Below are positions 1 to 11,712 of a stretch of DNA of 64,000 nt, piece after piece. The stretch is from positions 22,868,909 through 22,932,908 of the forward strand of contig NC_083430.1 of NCBI RefSeq assembly GCF_020745735.1, read 5' to 3'. Position 1 is the stretch's first letter. Each line of letters opens with the position of its first letter. The notes under the pieces are model-generated. The model was not told where the DNA came from. It saw nothing but the letters and a program-made list of their open reading frames with translations, and did not search any database. Both the position numbers and the translations under genes were made by a program. This DNA is from Hemiscyllium ocellatum (Eukaryota).

Positions 1-343
1 TAGAAGACCTAAAGTGCCTGAAATCACGAGTAGATTTGTTAGTTATTATCTGGATAGATCCTGGAATTACCGAAAGACAAACCCAAGCTGGACTAAGGAG
101 GAGTAGCTGTGCAGTGGCTGAATCACAGAATATATAGCAAATTAGAGGATTCTGCTGGGTCCTAATGCTCAGTGAGTTTTACCAATTCAATTTTTCATTC
201 TTCATGGATAATAAGTAGATCCCAGCATTTTACAGTTGCAGTTTAACGGAGGAGCCAAGAGAAGTGACTTATTTATTTCACTGTCTAATTTTTATACCAG
301 ATTTCAATGAAAGATGGATTTGAGAAATCGAATCTATGACATT

Positions 344-362
344 ACTTTCAGTTTCGTTTCCT
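344..362 (-). promoter_or_regulatory. ISRE (IRF/ISGF3 site) with TATA box at 289-296
   Basis: Minus strand AGGAAACGAAACTGAAAGT (three GAAA half-sites). TATAAAAA on the minus strand ~50 nt downstream. Would serve a gene copy left of the window. Confidence 0.65.
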
Positions 363-1075
363 CAGAAATCCACATGATATCACTTCCAGCCCTTACTTTG
401 TATCCAGGAGAAATTGTGTAAATATTAAAAGGTATCAGGAGGTTGGGTTGTGTTTTACATTCTTTAACACTCAAGTTCAATCAATAATCCCAGTTTCAGT
501 AAATGCCTGGCAGTTCAAATAACAGAAAGGATTATTAAAAAACTTCGATGTACAGCCATTCAATAAACAGAGAATAAACTCCACCTTGTGTGAAAGGGGT
601 GAAGGAAATTAATTTGTGTGTGTGAGGGGCTGGAGCTGTTTAGAACACCAGGTTCCCATTGAGTTGTGTGGAATTCGCCACTCCACATCAGTAGCTCACC
701 AACTCAGACTGGCACAATAATAGGCAACACAGACCACTGGGTTGACAGCAAGATTACCTGACTAGATTGTCACAAGGAGGCTGGAGCAGTAGAGTGCTGC
801 AGAACCCCAGATGATTTAATATTACAGCGTAATCCTGAGGTGTGAGGGAACTAAGATTTGCAATTCCTTGCACAAAGTGAAATACACTCTTACCGTACCT
901 TAACCAACAACATTTTAAGTTGAAAATCATATTGGTGTGGCATCTTCCCATTAAAGACAGAAAATTGAATATTAAACTAAACTTGTTAATAGCCCGAAAA
1001 CAATCATAAAAAACAATTTCAGGCATTGGAATCAGGAAAGGAACATTCTGCCTTAAAAAAAGACAAATCTTTATC

Positions 1076-1350
1076 TGGTGGCATATTGATTCAGTTTAGC
1101 ACTGCTGCCTCACAGCACCTGGCACCCAAATTTGACTCCAGCCTTGGATGACTGTCTGTGTGGAGTTGGCACATTCTCCCCGTGTCATTTCAGAATTCCA
1201 CCGCAGTCCAAAGATGTGCAGGCCAGGTGGTTTAGCTATGGGAAATGCAAGGTGATAGGGAAGGGGGCTGGGGCTGGATGGGATAGTCTTTGGAGGGTCG
1301 GTGTAGACTTGATGGTCTGAATGGCCAGCTTCCACACTGTAAGGATTCTA
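1076..1350 (+). mobile_element. HE1-like tRNA-derived V-SINE (also ~12443-12717, 23703-23977, 34970-35244, 46290-46564)
   Basis: tRNA-like head, V-domain GTCTGTGTGGAGTT.GCACATTCTCCCCGTGTC, CR1-like tail TTCCACACTGTA.GGATTCTA. Confidence 0.8.
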
Positions 1351-1589
1351 TAATTCTACAAATGTACGATTAAGGCTCAAAACTGAAAACTCAAATGAGG
1401 ATCTCAAAGCAAGCCAGGGTTTTGAGGATTAAAGCAGTTACCATTTTTCCAAATTGTGACAAGTGTGCCTTAAATAAGTTAAAACACAAATTAGAGAAGA
1501 ATTACTCTGAAAAAAAATCTACCATTGGTTAATAATCCAGAAAAGGTCATGAATGTTTCATGAGATAAATTTTAGTGTGAAGCCGGATG

Positions 1590-1860
1590 CTGGCACTTTT
1601 ATTCCTTCACAAGATGTAGGCATCACTGTTGCCCAGAGGGCAGTTAATAATTAACCACATTGTTGTGGGCGTGTCGTCACATGTCAATCAGAAAAGGATG
1701 GCATGTTCCCTTCCCGAAAGTGAACCAAAAATCATGATTATCATTAGGGTCTTGATTTTATAATCCCTTATTTTTGAATGGAAATTTCCCCCATCTGCCA
1801 GGGTAGATTTGAACCCAGAGCATCACCCGGGTCTAGCAATAATACCCCTAGGCCATTGGT
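1590..1860 (-). mobile_element. Degraded tRNA-derived SINE (in every unit)
   Basis: Minus strand TGGCCTAGGGGTATT...GGGTTCAAATC (A/B-box-like) with a LINE-like tail; family not assigned. Confidence 0.5.
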
Positions 1861-1950
1861 GCAAACAATTTGAGCAAAACTGCTGCACAAGAACTTCCCA
1901 TATTTGGGATGAAGAAACAGACAGAGAGAAATGTTCGATTATGCAGAGCT

Positions 1951-1956
1951 TTTATT
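1951..1956 (-). terminator. Candidate polyadenylation signal AATAAA of A1 (repeated in each unit; homolog in B at 57694-57699)
   Basis: TTTATTGAAT on plus strand ~100 nt past the stop; position conserved in paralog B. Confidence 0.5.
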
Positions 1957-2054
1957 GAATTTCAGCATCAGGCTTCAGTTGCCTTTTCCCTCCTCTGATT
2001 CAGAATAAAAATTATTTATTTTCCGTTGTCTTTAGGCATTTTTATTTTCGAATG

Positions 2055-4301
2055 TTAGAAAAGTGCACCAATGAAAGCACCTGCAGCTCCCAGTCCAAGT
2101 TTGGCAGCTACTGGGATTCCAGCCGCCCCTGCAAAGAACAGAAAAGCAAAGCACATCCACATGACATATCCTGAATTTATTAATCTCAACATTTCTTACA
2201 ATTCTGGTCTGAATGATATTCTTGGGAAAGACAGAATGCATTGTGAAATTGTTAGATAGCTAACTTCCTTATTTGTAATCACAATAAAGCCAACCCTTAC
2301 ACTGCTGAGGTTAAAACATCAGTTGTATTAATATTTATTGCAAAACTGTCACTTAGCTTTTGTAAAGTCTACTCCGAGAGAAGCATCCAAAACAATAAAA
2401 TATTATTGGGTACAGTCATCAATGCTAAGACTTCATCAGTGAAGTTTTGAAGCAGAAATCCTGAGAACTATTCATTACTTATCAGCAGATTTTACCAGCA
2501 GATTGAAGGAGGGCCACCAGACTTCCAGCAGCTACTCCTCCCCCATTGGCGATAGCTGCTGAAGACATCATACTTGCTGCAATGGAGCCTCCTGCTATTC
2601 CAGCACTGGTAAATCCCACAGCTCCCAGAATCACCGGGGCAGCAGCAGTGGTTATAACTGAAAGATAATATTTCCCCATTTCAGTACGGCACAATGTTCA
2701 GAAATTTAATATTGATTAAAATACCAGGGAATCAAGTGGCAGTTTTTAAATTTGAGAACAACATTGATCCAACTTAATATTGCTCAAAACCTGAAATTCT
2801 AAAGTCCACTTCCTTCCCATCTGCAATTAAGGTCAATTTCCTTCACCATAAGTCCATCCAGCCTTTTTGAAATATCTGGTATATTTTGCCTTTGGTTGAT
2901 GTTGGTTTGTGGACCTGTTGCCGTGTGTTGATTGTTGTCCTGGTGTTCAGTCTAGGTGTGTTCTTTTGTGTTTGTTTCCACAATTTGCGTCGATGTTTTC
3001 TGTTGTTGCTCAGCATTGTTTCATTAAGTGTTGTGAGTGTCTAAGTCTGAGTTCACTGTTTACTTTGTATATTAGTGCAAGAAACCAGGGTCCCACTTTG
3101 TGATGTATCCCACATGTCGGTGAAGCAGTTCCACACCTGCACCACTTTTATCCTCCCATGTTTGTCGAGAAATATATTATTGCAAGAAACCAGGTTCCCA
3201 TTGTAGGGTGTGTTCCACATGTTGGTGAAGTAGTTCCACACCAGCACCACTTTTATCCTCCCATGTTTGTCAAGAAGTGTGTCCTGATTCTCAGAGAATT
3301 TGGAGAGATGATGAGTTCTCACTTGCTTTGTGTTAACGCATTTACTGACAGACTAATCTATTGATTCCTGCAGCTTTTGCCTGTGGATGTCAATTCCACC
3401 TGGTAAATCCCAAAATTGATAATTGAATGCAGCTGATCTTTTATCATGTTCCATATTTTTGAGGGAATGTCCTAGTTTGCTTCACACAAGTCCAAAAAAC
3501 TGACTTGGTGTAAGCTCCTATTACAAACTGCTGGATATATTTTCACAGTTTGCCTAACTGGTTCTGCAACTTCTTGACCTATGTAGCATAACTGCATCCT
3601 TTGCTTAATCTTGGATCAGATAATCCATGGCATTCTATTTTATCCTGGTGGATTTGATAGCCATTCTGCTTTGCATTGAGTTCAGTACTTATTGTTCGTT
3701 TTCTATTTTGTAGATTGCACCCTCTTTTCGTGATAGCTCTTTTGGCTCATCATTCTTCATGCAGACCACCTTTCTTGTCATTGCTAGAATTTAGACAAGG
3801 TGGATTTGAATTAGCTGTCTGCCTGCACAAACCAACCAACTGGAGATACACAATCTAGAAATTAATCTTATTGTCTTCTGTTTTCTGAATTATGCGAACG
3901 TCTGGATTGTAGTTATACTTTGCTGTTGCTCCTTTCAGCCTACAGGCTTGCAAGGCTGGTTTCTTCTTTGATTCATTTTACTTAAAAGTAAATATATCAG
4001 CTGAATACCAGGGAATAATATATTAGCTTAAATAAATGTGGTGAGTTCACATACAGCTAAACAAATATATGTGTCGTCCAAAGTAATGTCCTGACACAGC
4101 CTGTGACTAGAGTTCCACATTGCAGACAGCATGTTGCCTTCTCAGAACAGCCACAACCATCTTCCTTGTGCTTGTTATGATTCCAGTTAGTGGAAAGATT
4201 TCCCCTTGATTTCCCTTTTACTTTCATTATTTAAAGAAAAGGATTTATATGATTGAATAGCGCTTACCTGCACCTGTTATTATAGCTCCAATTCCCAGCA
4301 T
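2055..4301 (-). CDS. IFI27L2: ISG12/IFI27-family interferon alpha-inducible protein 27-like, copy A1 (89 aa); coding exons 4301-4268, 2657-2496, 2128-2055
   Basis: Two GT-AG phase-1 introns join 34+162+74 = 270 nt: [89 protein letters not shown]. Contains the ISG12 motif ([31 protein letters not shown]). Family is clear; exact orthology is not resolvable. Confidence 0.93.
3069..3276. repeat. 105-bp imperfect direct duplication in the A intron (in every unit)
   Basis: TGCAAGAAACCAGG at 3076 and 3181; CACCACTTTTATCCTCCCATGTTTGTC repeated. Confidence 0.85.
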
Positions 4302-4729
4302 GATTGTCTCCAGATATTCACTCTACAAACTGAATAAAGGTTTCATGTTAAAATCTTGATCCTAAAGTTTTTATTACAGAAATAAATAATATAAACATCA
4401 CATCTTCCCTCACCAGTGTCGCACACATCCACCCCAGATACACATAAATGTTATTCACTTTTATTGTGACTGTTCTTTCGTTTCAACGCACGACCATGAA
4501 TTCAAGAGGTTGGTTCAATTATCTAGAAAGGAAGCCTTTTACCTTTATACAATACATTTGTAGACACCAGGCATCCCAAAGTGCTGTACAACTAATAAAT
4601 GTTTCAGTGTGGGAAAGAGCAAACAGTTTGTTGCAGCAACTCCAACAAAAATCAGTACTTTTGAAAAATTCTTTCACAGAATGTGAGAATGGCTTGCCGG
4701 TCTCGTATTTATTACACTTTCCGAAACAC

Positions 4730-5480
4730 CCTTGACAAGGTGGTGGTAAGATTATTGAATCACTGTAGTCATAGGGATGTTTTTAGTGAAGTCCCCATGC
4801 CTCAGGTGAAAATGGTAAGAGGTTGAGAAAGAGAGATCTCCATGTTGACCAGAGCCACTGAGAGAATTGATCTGTACTGTTGGCATCGCACTGAGTCACA
4901 AACTAGTCAACCAACCATCTGAGCTAAACAACCCTGAAGGTACATCTATACTGCTGTGAGGTAGGAATTCCAGAATTTTGACTCAAGAAGCAGCAGCAAT
5001 AAAGTTCCAAGTCAGGATGGTTTGTGGGTTATAAGGGAACATGCACGTGATGGTGTTCCTATGTATCTGCTGCTCTTGCCTTTCTAGGTTTGGAGGGTGT
5101 GCGTTTGTATGGTACTGTTAAAATAGCCTTGGTGAGTTGTTGAATTGGGTCTTGCCATTGATACATTGCTGACTCTGTGCATCAGTGGTGGATAGAGTGA
5201 CTATATGATTCATTTGCAAGTGGGCTTCTCTGCTCTGAATGGTGTTGAGCTTCGTCAGCATTGTTGGATTTGCACTCATACATGAAAGTAGAACACACTC
5301 CATTGTTCTCCTGACATGAGCCTTGAAGGTGGGGGATCAGGCTGTGGGGAGCAAGGAAGTATATTCCGTGCCTCAGAATGCCCAGTCTCTGGCCTTTTCT
5401 TGAAGCCAGTGTATTTAATGGCAGGTCCAGTTCAGATTCAGGTCATTGCTAAGCTACCAGGATGATGTTTATGGGATTCA
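4730..5480 (-). mobile_element. Old CR1/L2-group LINE 3' fragment with a nested SINE head (~4790-4930); in every unit
   Basis: Decayed ORF2 C-terminus (MECVLLSCMSANPTMLTKLNTIQ). The same family recurs at 56400-57600. Confidence 0.6.
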
Positions 5481-6576
5481 GGGATAGGACCCCACCAAGT
5501 CATCTCCCACCAATAGATTCACAGTCTTTGTAGAACCGCAACTGTCACTATACCAAGGCTTTTGAGATGACACTCTCTGGGTGAACTTTTATGAGAGAAA
5601 CCTTTAAACAGTTTCTGGTTAGCTCTTTCACTAGCTCTGTGATGTTTATCCAATCGTTTGATGGCAAGTCAGGAATCCTTGTTGCAGGGAGTGCTCAAAG
5701 ACACAATGCATCTCTGAAAAGTGATTGTTTCATCCCATGGAGCTGGTTATACACAAGGAGCAATTTCTCCTTGTGTAAAGAAGACTTGGCTGGTAACTTG
5801 TCCCACTTCCACCTTATACGAGTCTAGGCTTGGGACTTTCAAGGCACTGACCGTGGCCCCTTTATGGTCAGTGCTGATGTATTTCACAGATTGTTTTGAG
5901 GATGAATGTGCCCTGACCTCACTTACTCTTCTTACCTCTGCTGTCTGTTTCTGTTCCACTGTTTATCTCTCCTATTGCTGGTAAAGTATTCCAAGATTCA
6001 CATTTGTCTTGGTTTGGATTTTTATAGGTTAATCTGTAGATATTAGGCAGGACAGCCGAGACTTGGACATTGGAATCCTTTTGTTCCTACATGAGTTCCA
6101 AGACTGCTAGTCACATGCCTCCATTACACATCCGTAGGCACTGAGAAAAGCAGTCTATGGTTGATCAGAACAGACAGACGTATCAGCAGGCAACATGGAA
6201 TACTCCTCATGGGCCTTTCCCACCGGCTTACCCCACATCAGGTGTGTCCAAAGCTCCACTGGCCATTGTCATTCAGCTGCCTGTTTTTCAAAGGTTGCAA
6301 AGGAAGTTTTAGAAGTCATGATTTGGAGATAACTTGGTGTTGTGTGGTTTTTAACATTGAAGTTGTAGAAATCCACCTCTTTGCATTTAAAGACAAACTG
6401 GGATTGCTTTAGGAAATCAAAACTTGTTGTTGAGGTGAAGATTATTTAAACTAGTTTTGGATAAAGTCGTATTCTCCTTAGCTGCTGTAATCTGTATCAG
6501 TTCTCCGTTTTTATGGGCACCGGTGGTAAAGCCTGCTTTATACTTCCTTTGGAATTTTCTTGCACCCTTTTGCCGA

Positions 6577-6860
6577 AAGGCATGGTGGCTCAGTGGTTAG
6601 CACTGTTGCCTCACAGCACTAGGGTCCCAAGTTCAATTCCAGCCTTGAGTGACTGTCTGTGTGGAGTTTGCACATTCTCCCCGTGTCTGCGTGGGTTTCC
6701 TCCCACAGTCCAAAGATGTACAGTTCAGGTGATTGCCCGTAATGTTAGGTGCATTAGTCAGAGGAAAATGGAACTGGGTAGGTTACTCTTCAGAGGTTCG
6801 GTGTGGACTTGTTGGGCCGAAGGGCCTGTTTCCACACTGTAGGGAATCTAATCTATTCTA
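6577..6860 (+). mobile_element. HE1-like V-SINE (also ~17944-18227, 29204-29487, 40471-40754)
   Basis: GGTGGCTCAGTGGTTAGCACTG A-box, GTTCAATTCC B-box, V-domain, tail GGGCCGAAGGGCCTGTTTCCACACTGTAGGGAATCTAATCTA. Confidence 0.88.
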
Positions 6861-6952
6861 ATTTGATCTAAAAGCCTTGCCATTTCAGTGTGTGCAAAAG
6901 ATGAATGGCTTCAGGCTTAAATGACATCATGAGAACCTTAGTCTGGCTAGGG

Positions 6953-7597
6953 TCATAGAGATGTAAAGCATGGAAACAGACCTTCGGTCCAACCTGACCA
7001 GATATCCCAACCCAATCTAGTCCCACTTGCCAGCACTTGGCCCATATCCCTCCAAACCCTTCCTGTTCATATGCCCATCCAAATGCCTCTTAAATGTTGC
7101 AATTGTACCAGCCTCCACCATTCCTCTGGCAGCTCATTTCATACACGTATCACCCTCTGCGAGAAAAAGTTGCCCCTTAGGTCTTTTTTATATCTTTCCC
7201 CTCTCACCCTAAACCTACGCCCTCTAGTTCTGGACTCCCCGACCTCAGGGAAAAGACTTTGCCTATTTATCCTATCCATATTCCTCATAATTTTGTAAAT
7301 CTCTATGAAGTCACCTCTCAGCCTATGACGCTCCAGAGAAAACAGCTCCAGGGAAAACAGCCACTCCCTGTAGCTCAGATCCTCCAACCCTGGCAACATC
7401 CTTGTAAATATTTTCTGAACCCTTTCAAGTTTCACGACATCTTTCCGTTGGAAGGAGACCAGAATTGCATGCAATATTCCAACAATGGCCTAACCAATGT
7501 CCTGTACAGCCGCAACATGACCTCCCAACTCCTGTACTCAATACTCTGACCAATAAAGGAAAGCATACCAAATGCCTTCTTCACTATCCTATCTACT
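6953..7597 (-). mobile_element. 5'-truncated CR1 (HER1-like) LINE 3' end (also ~18320-18964, 29580-30224, 40847-41491)
   Basis: KKAFGMLSFIGQSIEYRSWEVMLRLYRTLVRPLLEYCMQFWSP / KLERVQKIFTRMLPGLEDLSYRE...LRGDFIEIYKIM is the CR1 ORF2 C-terminus, frameshifted. Confidence 0.92.
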
Positions 7598-7869
7598 GTT
7601 GCAACAGAAAAACCAGGACAAAATAACCTCTTGAAAGCCACAGCATCATCACTCTGGGTTATGACATTGAATTCAACAAATAATCTGTGATGGCACAAAA
7701 TATAAAAAAAATCTCGAAAGCTGTCAGATTGTTCTAAAGTTCTTCAAGAAAAAAGGATGTTACTTTTGCCTCTTCTGCTTCAGACTCGGGGGTGAATTTT
7801 GACCCTTAAATTTAGATGGAGTAGGGTTAGGTAAAATGTCAAAGTATTTAAAAACCTCAATAATTTCAC

Positions 7870-8240
7870 AACCAAAAGCAAGCTATTCGTGCTAAACCTT
7901 TCAGAGACGCTGCTTTGGCCCCAGTTGGGATATTGTGTTCAGTTCTGGACTGCACCCTTGAGGGAAAGTTGCCATGATCTCAGTGAGGGTGCAGAGGAGA
8001 TCAGTTTGAATGGTATCTTGATGAGAGACCTCAGCTCTGTGGAGATTCTGGGATTATTCTCCATGGGGCAGAAAAGTCTAAGGGGAGATTGGATGGAGCT
8101 GTTGGAAAATTAGGAATGGCTTTGATCAATGAAAGGATGATAATCAGTTTTCAGAAACAGAAAGATCAGGAATCAGAAACCACAGGGCTAAGGTGATTGA
8201 CAAAGCATCAGAAGTCAGAAAATAAATGTGCAACAGGTTT
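7870..8240 (+). mobile_element. Older CR1 ORF2 3' fragment (units 1-4)
   Basis: LLWPQLGYCVQFW...LGLFS....LRGD motif, heavily decayed. Confidence 0.7.
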
Positions 8241-9047
8241 TGTAGTGAGGAATAGTAAGCAAGGAGATGTGATCCGTTTAACTCAACCTGAAGCCAAAAA
8301 CTGGTGAGTGTGCAGGATGAGTCCTGGGAGGCTTTCGGAGAGAAGCTGGCACTGTGGGGGCAGGGCTGCAGGGAACGTGTTGGACTGTCAGTAGGCAGAA
8401 GTGGAGTCAGAGTCACAGCATTGAAAGGAGCAGCAGTGAGAGAGCTCGGTCATCAGTTGGTGAGGAGTAGAGAGAGATTCAAAGGAAGTGAAAGTTGGTC
8501 ACTGGGATTATGAGGAGAGACGAGGATTGTTGGGAGAGAAGGATGAGGTACGGTCCATTGGCGCAGAACAGTGTGAGTCAGATCTTTACGGGAGAGGGCG
8601 GTGAGGTGAAAGACAGGTCAGTCAGGGAGAGGGCGAGAGCCGGGCTGTCAGCGGAGAGTGGGATGAGGGTGAGAAACAATCCAACTGTTGGCAATATTTT
8701 TCTTTCTAAATCACCTTATGCACTGAACAGCGTTTCACAATGTTGATCGGTTTACCTTGCTGTACTCCTCATTGGCCATTCTGTCAGCCTCCTCCATTGG
8801 CTAATCAGAAAGTTCAGGCACACTGACAGATAGACTCTTCGTCAGAAAGGGAAACAGGTGTTATGAGGAAAAGGCAGGAAATTGGAGTTGAGGATTATCA
8901 TTAGCCAAGATATCATTGAATGGCAGAGAGAACTTGAGGGGCTGAAACACTGGCTCTGTCTTTATGCTTTATGATCTCATGGACACACTTCCCTTCAGGG
9001 ATATTATTCAGCAAACCTTCCAGACCTGAAACAATAACAGGAGGGCT

Positions 9048-9203
9048 GGGTGAGTGAGAGAATGGGAAGTGTGGATGGGTGAGTGTGGATGGGTGAGTGA
9101 GAGAATGGGAAGTGTGGATAGGTGAGTGTGGATGGGTGAGTGAGAGAATGGGAAGGGTGGTTGGGTGAGTGTGGATAGGTGAGTGTGGATGGGAAGTGTG
9201 GAT
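9048..9203. repeat. G-rich minisatellite (GGGTGAGTGTGGAT / GAGAGAATGGGAAGTGTGGAT), length-variable between units
   Basis: About 156 bp in unit 1, ~57 bp in units 2 and 3 (20415-20471, 31675-31731), ~113 bp in unit 4 (42941-43053). Confidence 0.9.
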
Positions 9204-9680
9204 GAACCAGCCCAGGCCCCCTCAAAATATTTTCAGAAGGTGGCCCAGACCCTAACCTTTTCTTATTTTAGAGGTGGATGTGAAGTACATTCCAGATGTA
9301 ATGCACCTGGTCAAACCACACGACATTTAACTATAGAATTTAAATAAATTGTGTTTTGTTTAAGTACAAACAAAAGAAAGAGGAATTTGGAATACCCTAA
9401 CATTGGAAAAGTTAACAGAATAGCAGAAACCCTACCTATTACTAATTAACTGTTCCAGTATAGTAACATCCCATAAACCCACTCCTTTGCAAAAGGGTAA
9501 ATTCGGACACAGACATAATTGTCCTGTCCAAGAGGAAACTATATCACGAGAGATTTCAGACAATATAGTAGCAGGGAATTTTACTGAAGCTCCAACTCTT
9601 CTGGAATCCAAACAACTTTTGACAGCTACAGCTAAAAAAAACTAGAAAGCTTGACCTGGCCGCACTTCCTAGCTCCATCC
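9204..9680 (-). mobile_element. LTR-like interspersed repeat (units 1-4); a related copy in opposite orientation lies at ~61990-62530
   Basis: Reverse-complement similarity of 9220-9350 to 62385-62520 and of 9440-9515 to 62000-62080. The 62.5 kb copy ends in ...ATAACA. LTR identity is inferred. Confidence 0.5.
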
Positions 9681-10004
9681 ATTTCCTTGGTGATCAAGGA
9701 CCAAGCCAATTTCTCTCCTTAGCACTGCTTCATTACCGAAAATGAAAAAAAAAATGGTTCTTATTGGTCAGCTGTGCTGAATGTCAATTTACTGATTTAA
9801 ATTATCAACTTGTTGTTTCGGAATTATTTTTCCGAATGATGATTACTGCTTTGGCAAACCTTATCTCTCTTGCAATTTGCTCATCAGTCCATGAGTGAAA
9901 ATAAAATTGAGTAGTGCACACCCTCCTCCAGCATGAGGAAAGGTTGGACAAGTCAAAGTTATCTGTTCTCCTCCTGTGCTGCTCAGTCTCTTGCTGCAGA
10001 CCGG

Positions 10005-10985
10005 CTTGTTGGCTACGTAGAACAGTTGATCTTCCGTAATTACACCGGCACCACTCCCCACCTCTTCCTCCACTACATTAATGACTGCATTGACGCCAGC
10101 TCGTGCTCCCGAGAGGAGGTTGAGCAATTCATCAACTTCACCAAGACATTCCACCCTGACCTTAAATTTACCTGGACCATCTCTGACACCTCCCTCCCCT
10201 TGCTGGACCTCTCTATCTCCATGCCCCCTACTACCCACCGTCCCAGCCTGGCACCTTCCCCTGCCACTGCAGGAACTGTTAAACTTGCGCCCATACCTCC
10301 TCCCTCACCTCTCTCCAAGGCCCTAAAGGAGCCTTCCACACCCATCAAAGTTTTACCTGTACATCTACTAATATCATTTATTGTATCCGTTGCTACCAAT
10401 GCGGTCTCCTCTACATGGGGGAGACTGGGCACCTCCTAGCAGAGCGCTTTAGGGAACATCTCCGGGACACCCGCACCAATCAACCACACTGCACCGTGGC
10501 CTAACATTTCAACTCCCCCTCCCACTCTGCCGAGGACGTGGAGGTCCTGGGCCTCCTTCACTGCCGCTCCCGCACCACCAGACGCCTGGAGGAAGAACGC
10601 CTCATCTTCCGCCTCGGAACACTTCAACCCCAGGGCATCAATGTGGACTTCAACAGTTTCCTCATTTCCCCTTCCCCCGTCTCACCCTAGTTCCAAACTT
10701 CCAGCTCAGCACTGTCCCCATAACTTGTCCTAGCTGTCTATCTTCTTTTCCACCTATCCACTCCACCCTCTCCTCCCTGACCTATCACCTTCATCCCCTC
10801 CCCCACTCACCCATTGTACTCTATGCTACTTTCTCCTCACCCCCACCCTCCTCTCACTCATCTCTCCACGCTTCAGGCTCACTTCCTTTATTCCTGATGA
10901 GGGGCTTTTGCCCGAAACGTCGATTTCGCTGCTCCTTGGATGCTGCCTGAACTGCTGTACTCTTCCAGCACCACTAATCCAGAAT
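10005..10985 (+). mobile_element. Penelope-like element (PLE), 5'-truncated and internally deleted
   Basis: RT fragment LFLHYINDCID..FINFTKTFHPDLKFTWTIS..LDLSIS (YIDD decayed to YIND). Second frame gives a GIY-YIG endonuclease (NIIYCIRCYQCGLLYMGETG..LAERFREH...RRLEEERLIFRLGTLQPQGIN). The 3' end carries a hammerhead motif. Confidence 0.9.
10890..10925 (+). ncRNA. Minimal type I hammerhead ribozyme motif of a PLE (core intact)
   Basis: ATTC-CTGATGA-G-GGGC(TTTT)GCCC-GAAA-C-GTC-GATT: core CUGAUGA/GAAA, stem II, palindromic ACGT in place of stem III, GUC cleavage triplet. Confidence 0.7.
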
Positions 10986-11712
10986 TTCAGACTGGACTGG
11001 CTATGTTGCCTTGCACATGTGCTTAATATCAAATCTTTGTTCACTTGAACATAGCAGACTTGACAGTAATGTTGTCATCACAACAGAAACACAGCTATAA
11101 GTGCTACTCCGTATCACTCAGGAAAGCAAAAAGCCATTAGCTTCAACTTCATGCGGGTAAGAGCAAATTACTATAGATACTGGAATCTATACTGAAAGCA
11201 ACAAAAGCTGGTGATCATCGCGGGTCAGGCAACTTCATTGGGTCAGAGTCCAATCAAAAAAAATACCATACGCAATGCATTGATGGGTTATGAATATATT
11301 GGTGTAATCCTGCAATTATTTTAACTACAGAAAAATAATGTTTCTAAAAATACATACTGTAGAAGACCTAAAGTGCCTGAAATCACGAGTAGATTTGTTA
11401 GTTATTACCTGGATAGATCCTGGAATTACCGAAAGACAAACCCAAGCTGGACTAAGGAGGAGTAGCTGTGCAGTGGCTGAATCACAGAATATATAGCAAA
11501 TTAGAGGATTCTGCTGGGTCCTAATGCTCAGTGAGTTTTACCAATTCAATTTTTAAACCTGTTTCATTCTTCATGGATAATAAGTAGATCCCAGCATTTT
11601 ACAGTTGCAGTTTAACGGAGGAGCCAAGGGAGGTGGCTTATTTATTTCACTGTCTAATTTTTATACAAGATTTCAATGAAAGCTGGATTTGAGAAATTGA
11701 ATCTTTGATATT

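Noticed and set aside
754-1026. Repeated 60-125 aa ORFs conserved across units (e.g. 754-1026, 4448-4735, 5747-5959, 8144-8746)
   Set aside because: Conservation simply reflects recent duplication. No recognisable domains, and many overlap TE relics or start at non-ATG codons.
2658-2694. ORF-track N-terminus [12 protein letters not shown] and C-terminal KIC of the 70-aa ISG12 ORFs
   Set aside because: Intronic read-through; canonical acceptor TTTCAG| at 2658 and donor G|GTAAAA at 2495 bound the exon.
6577-6650. tRNA-like sequences (also ~1076, ~1800-1860, ~55780)
   Set aside because: SINE heads followed by SINE bodies and tails; no complete cloverleaf.
9048-9203. Short repeats resembling a CRISPR array
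   Set aside because: No unique spacers, no cas genes, vertebrate context; it is a minisatellite.
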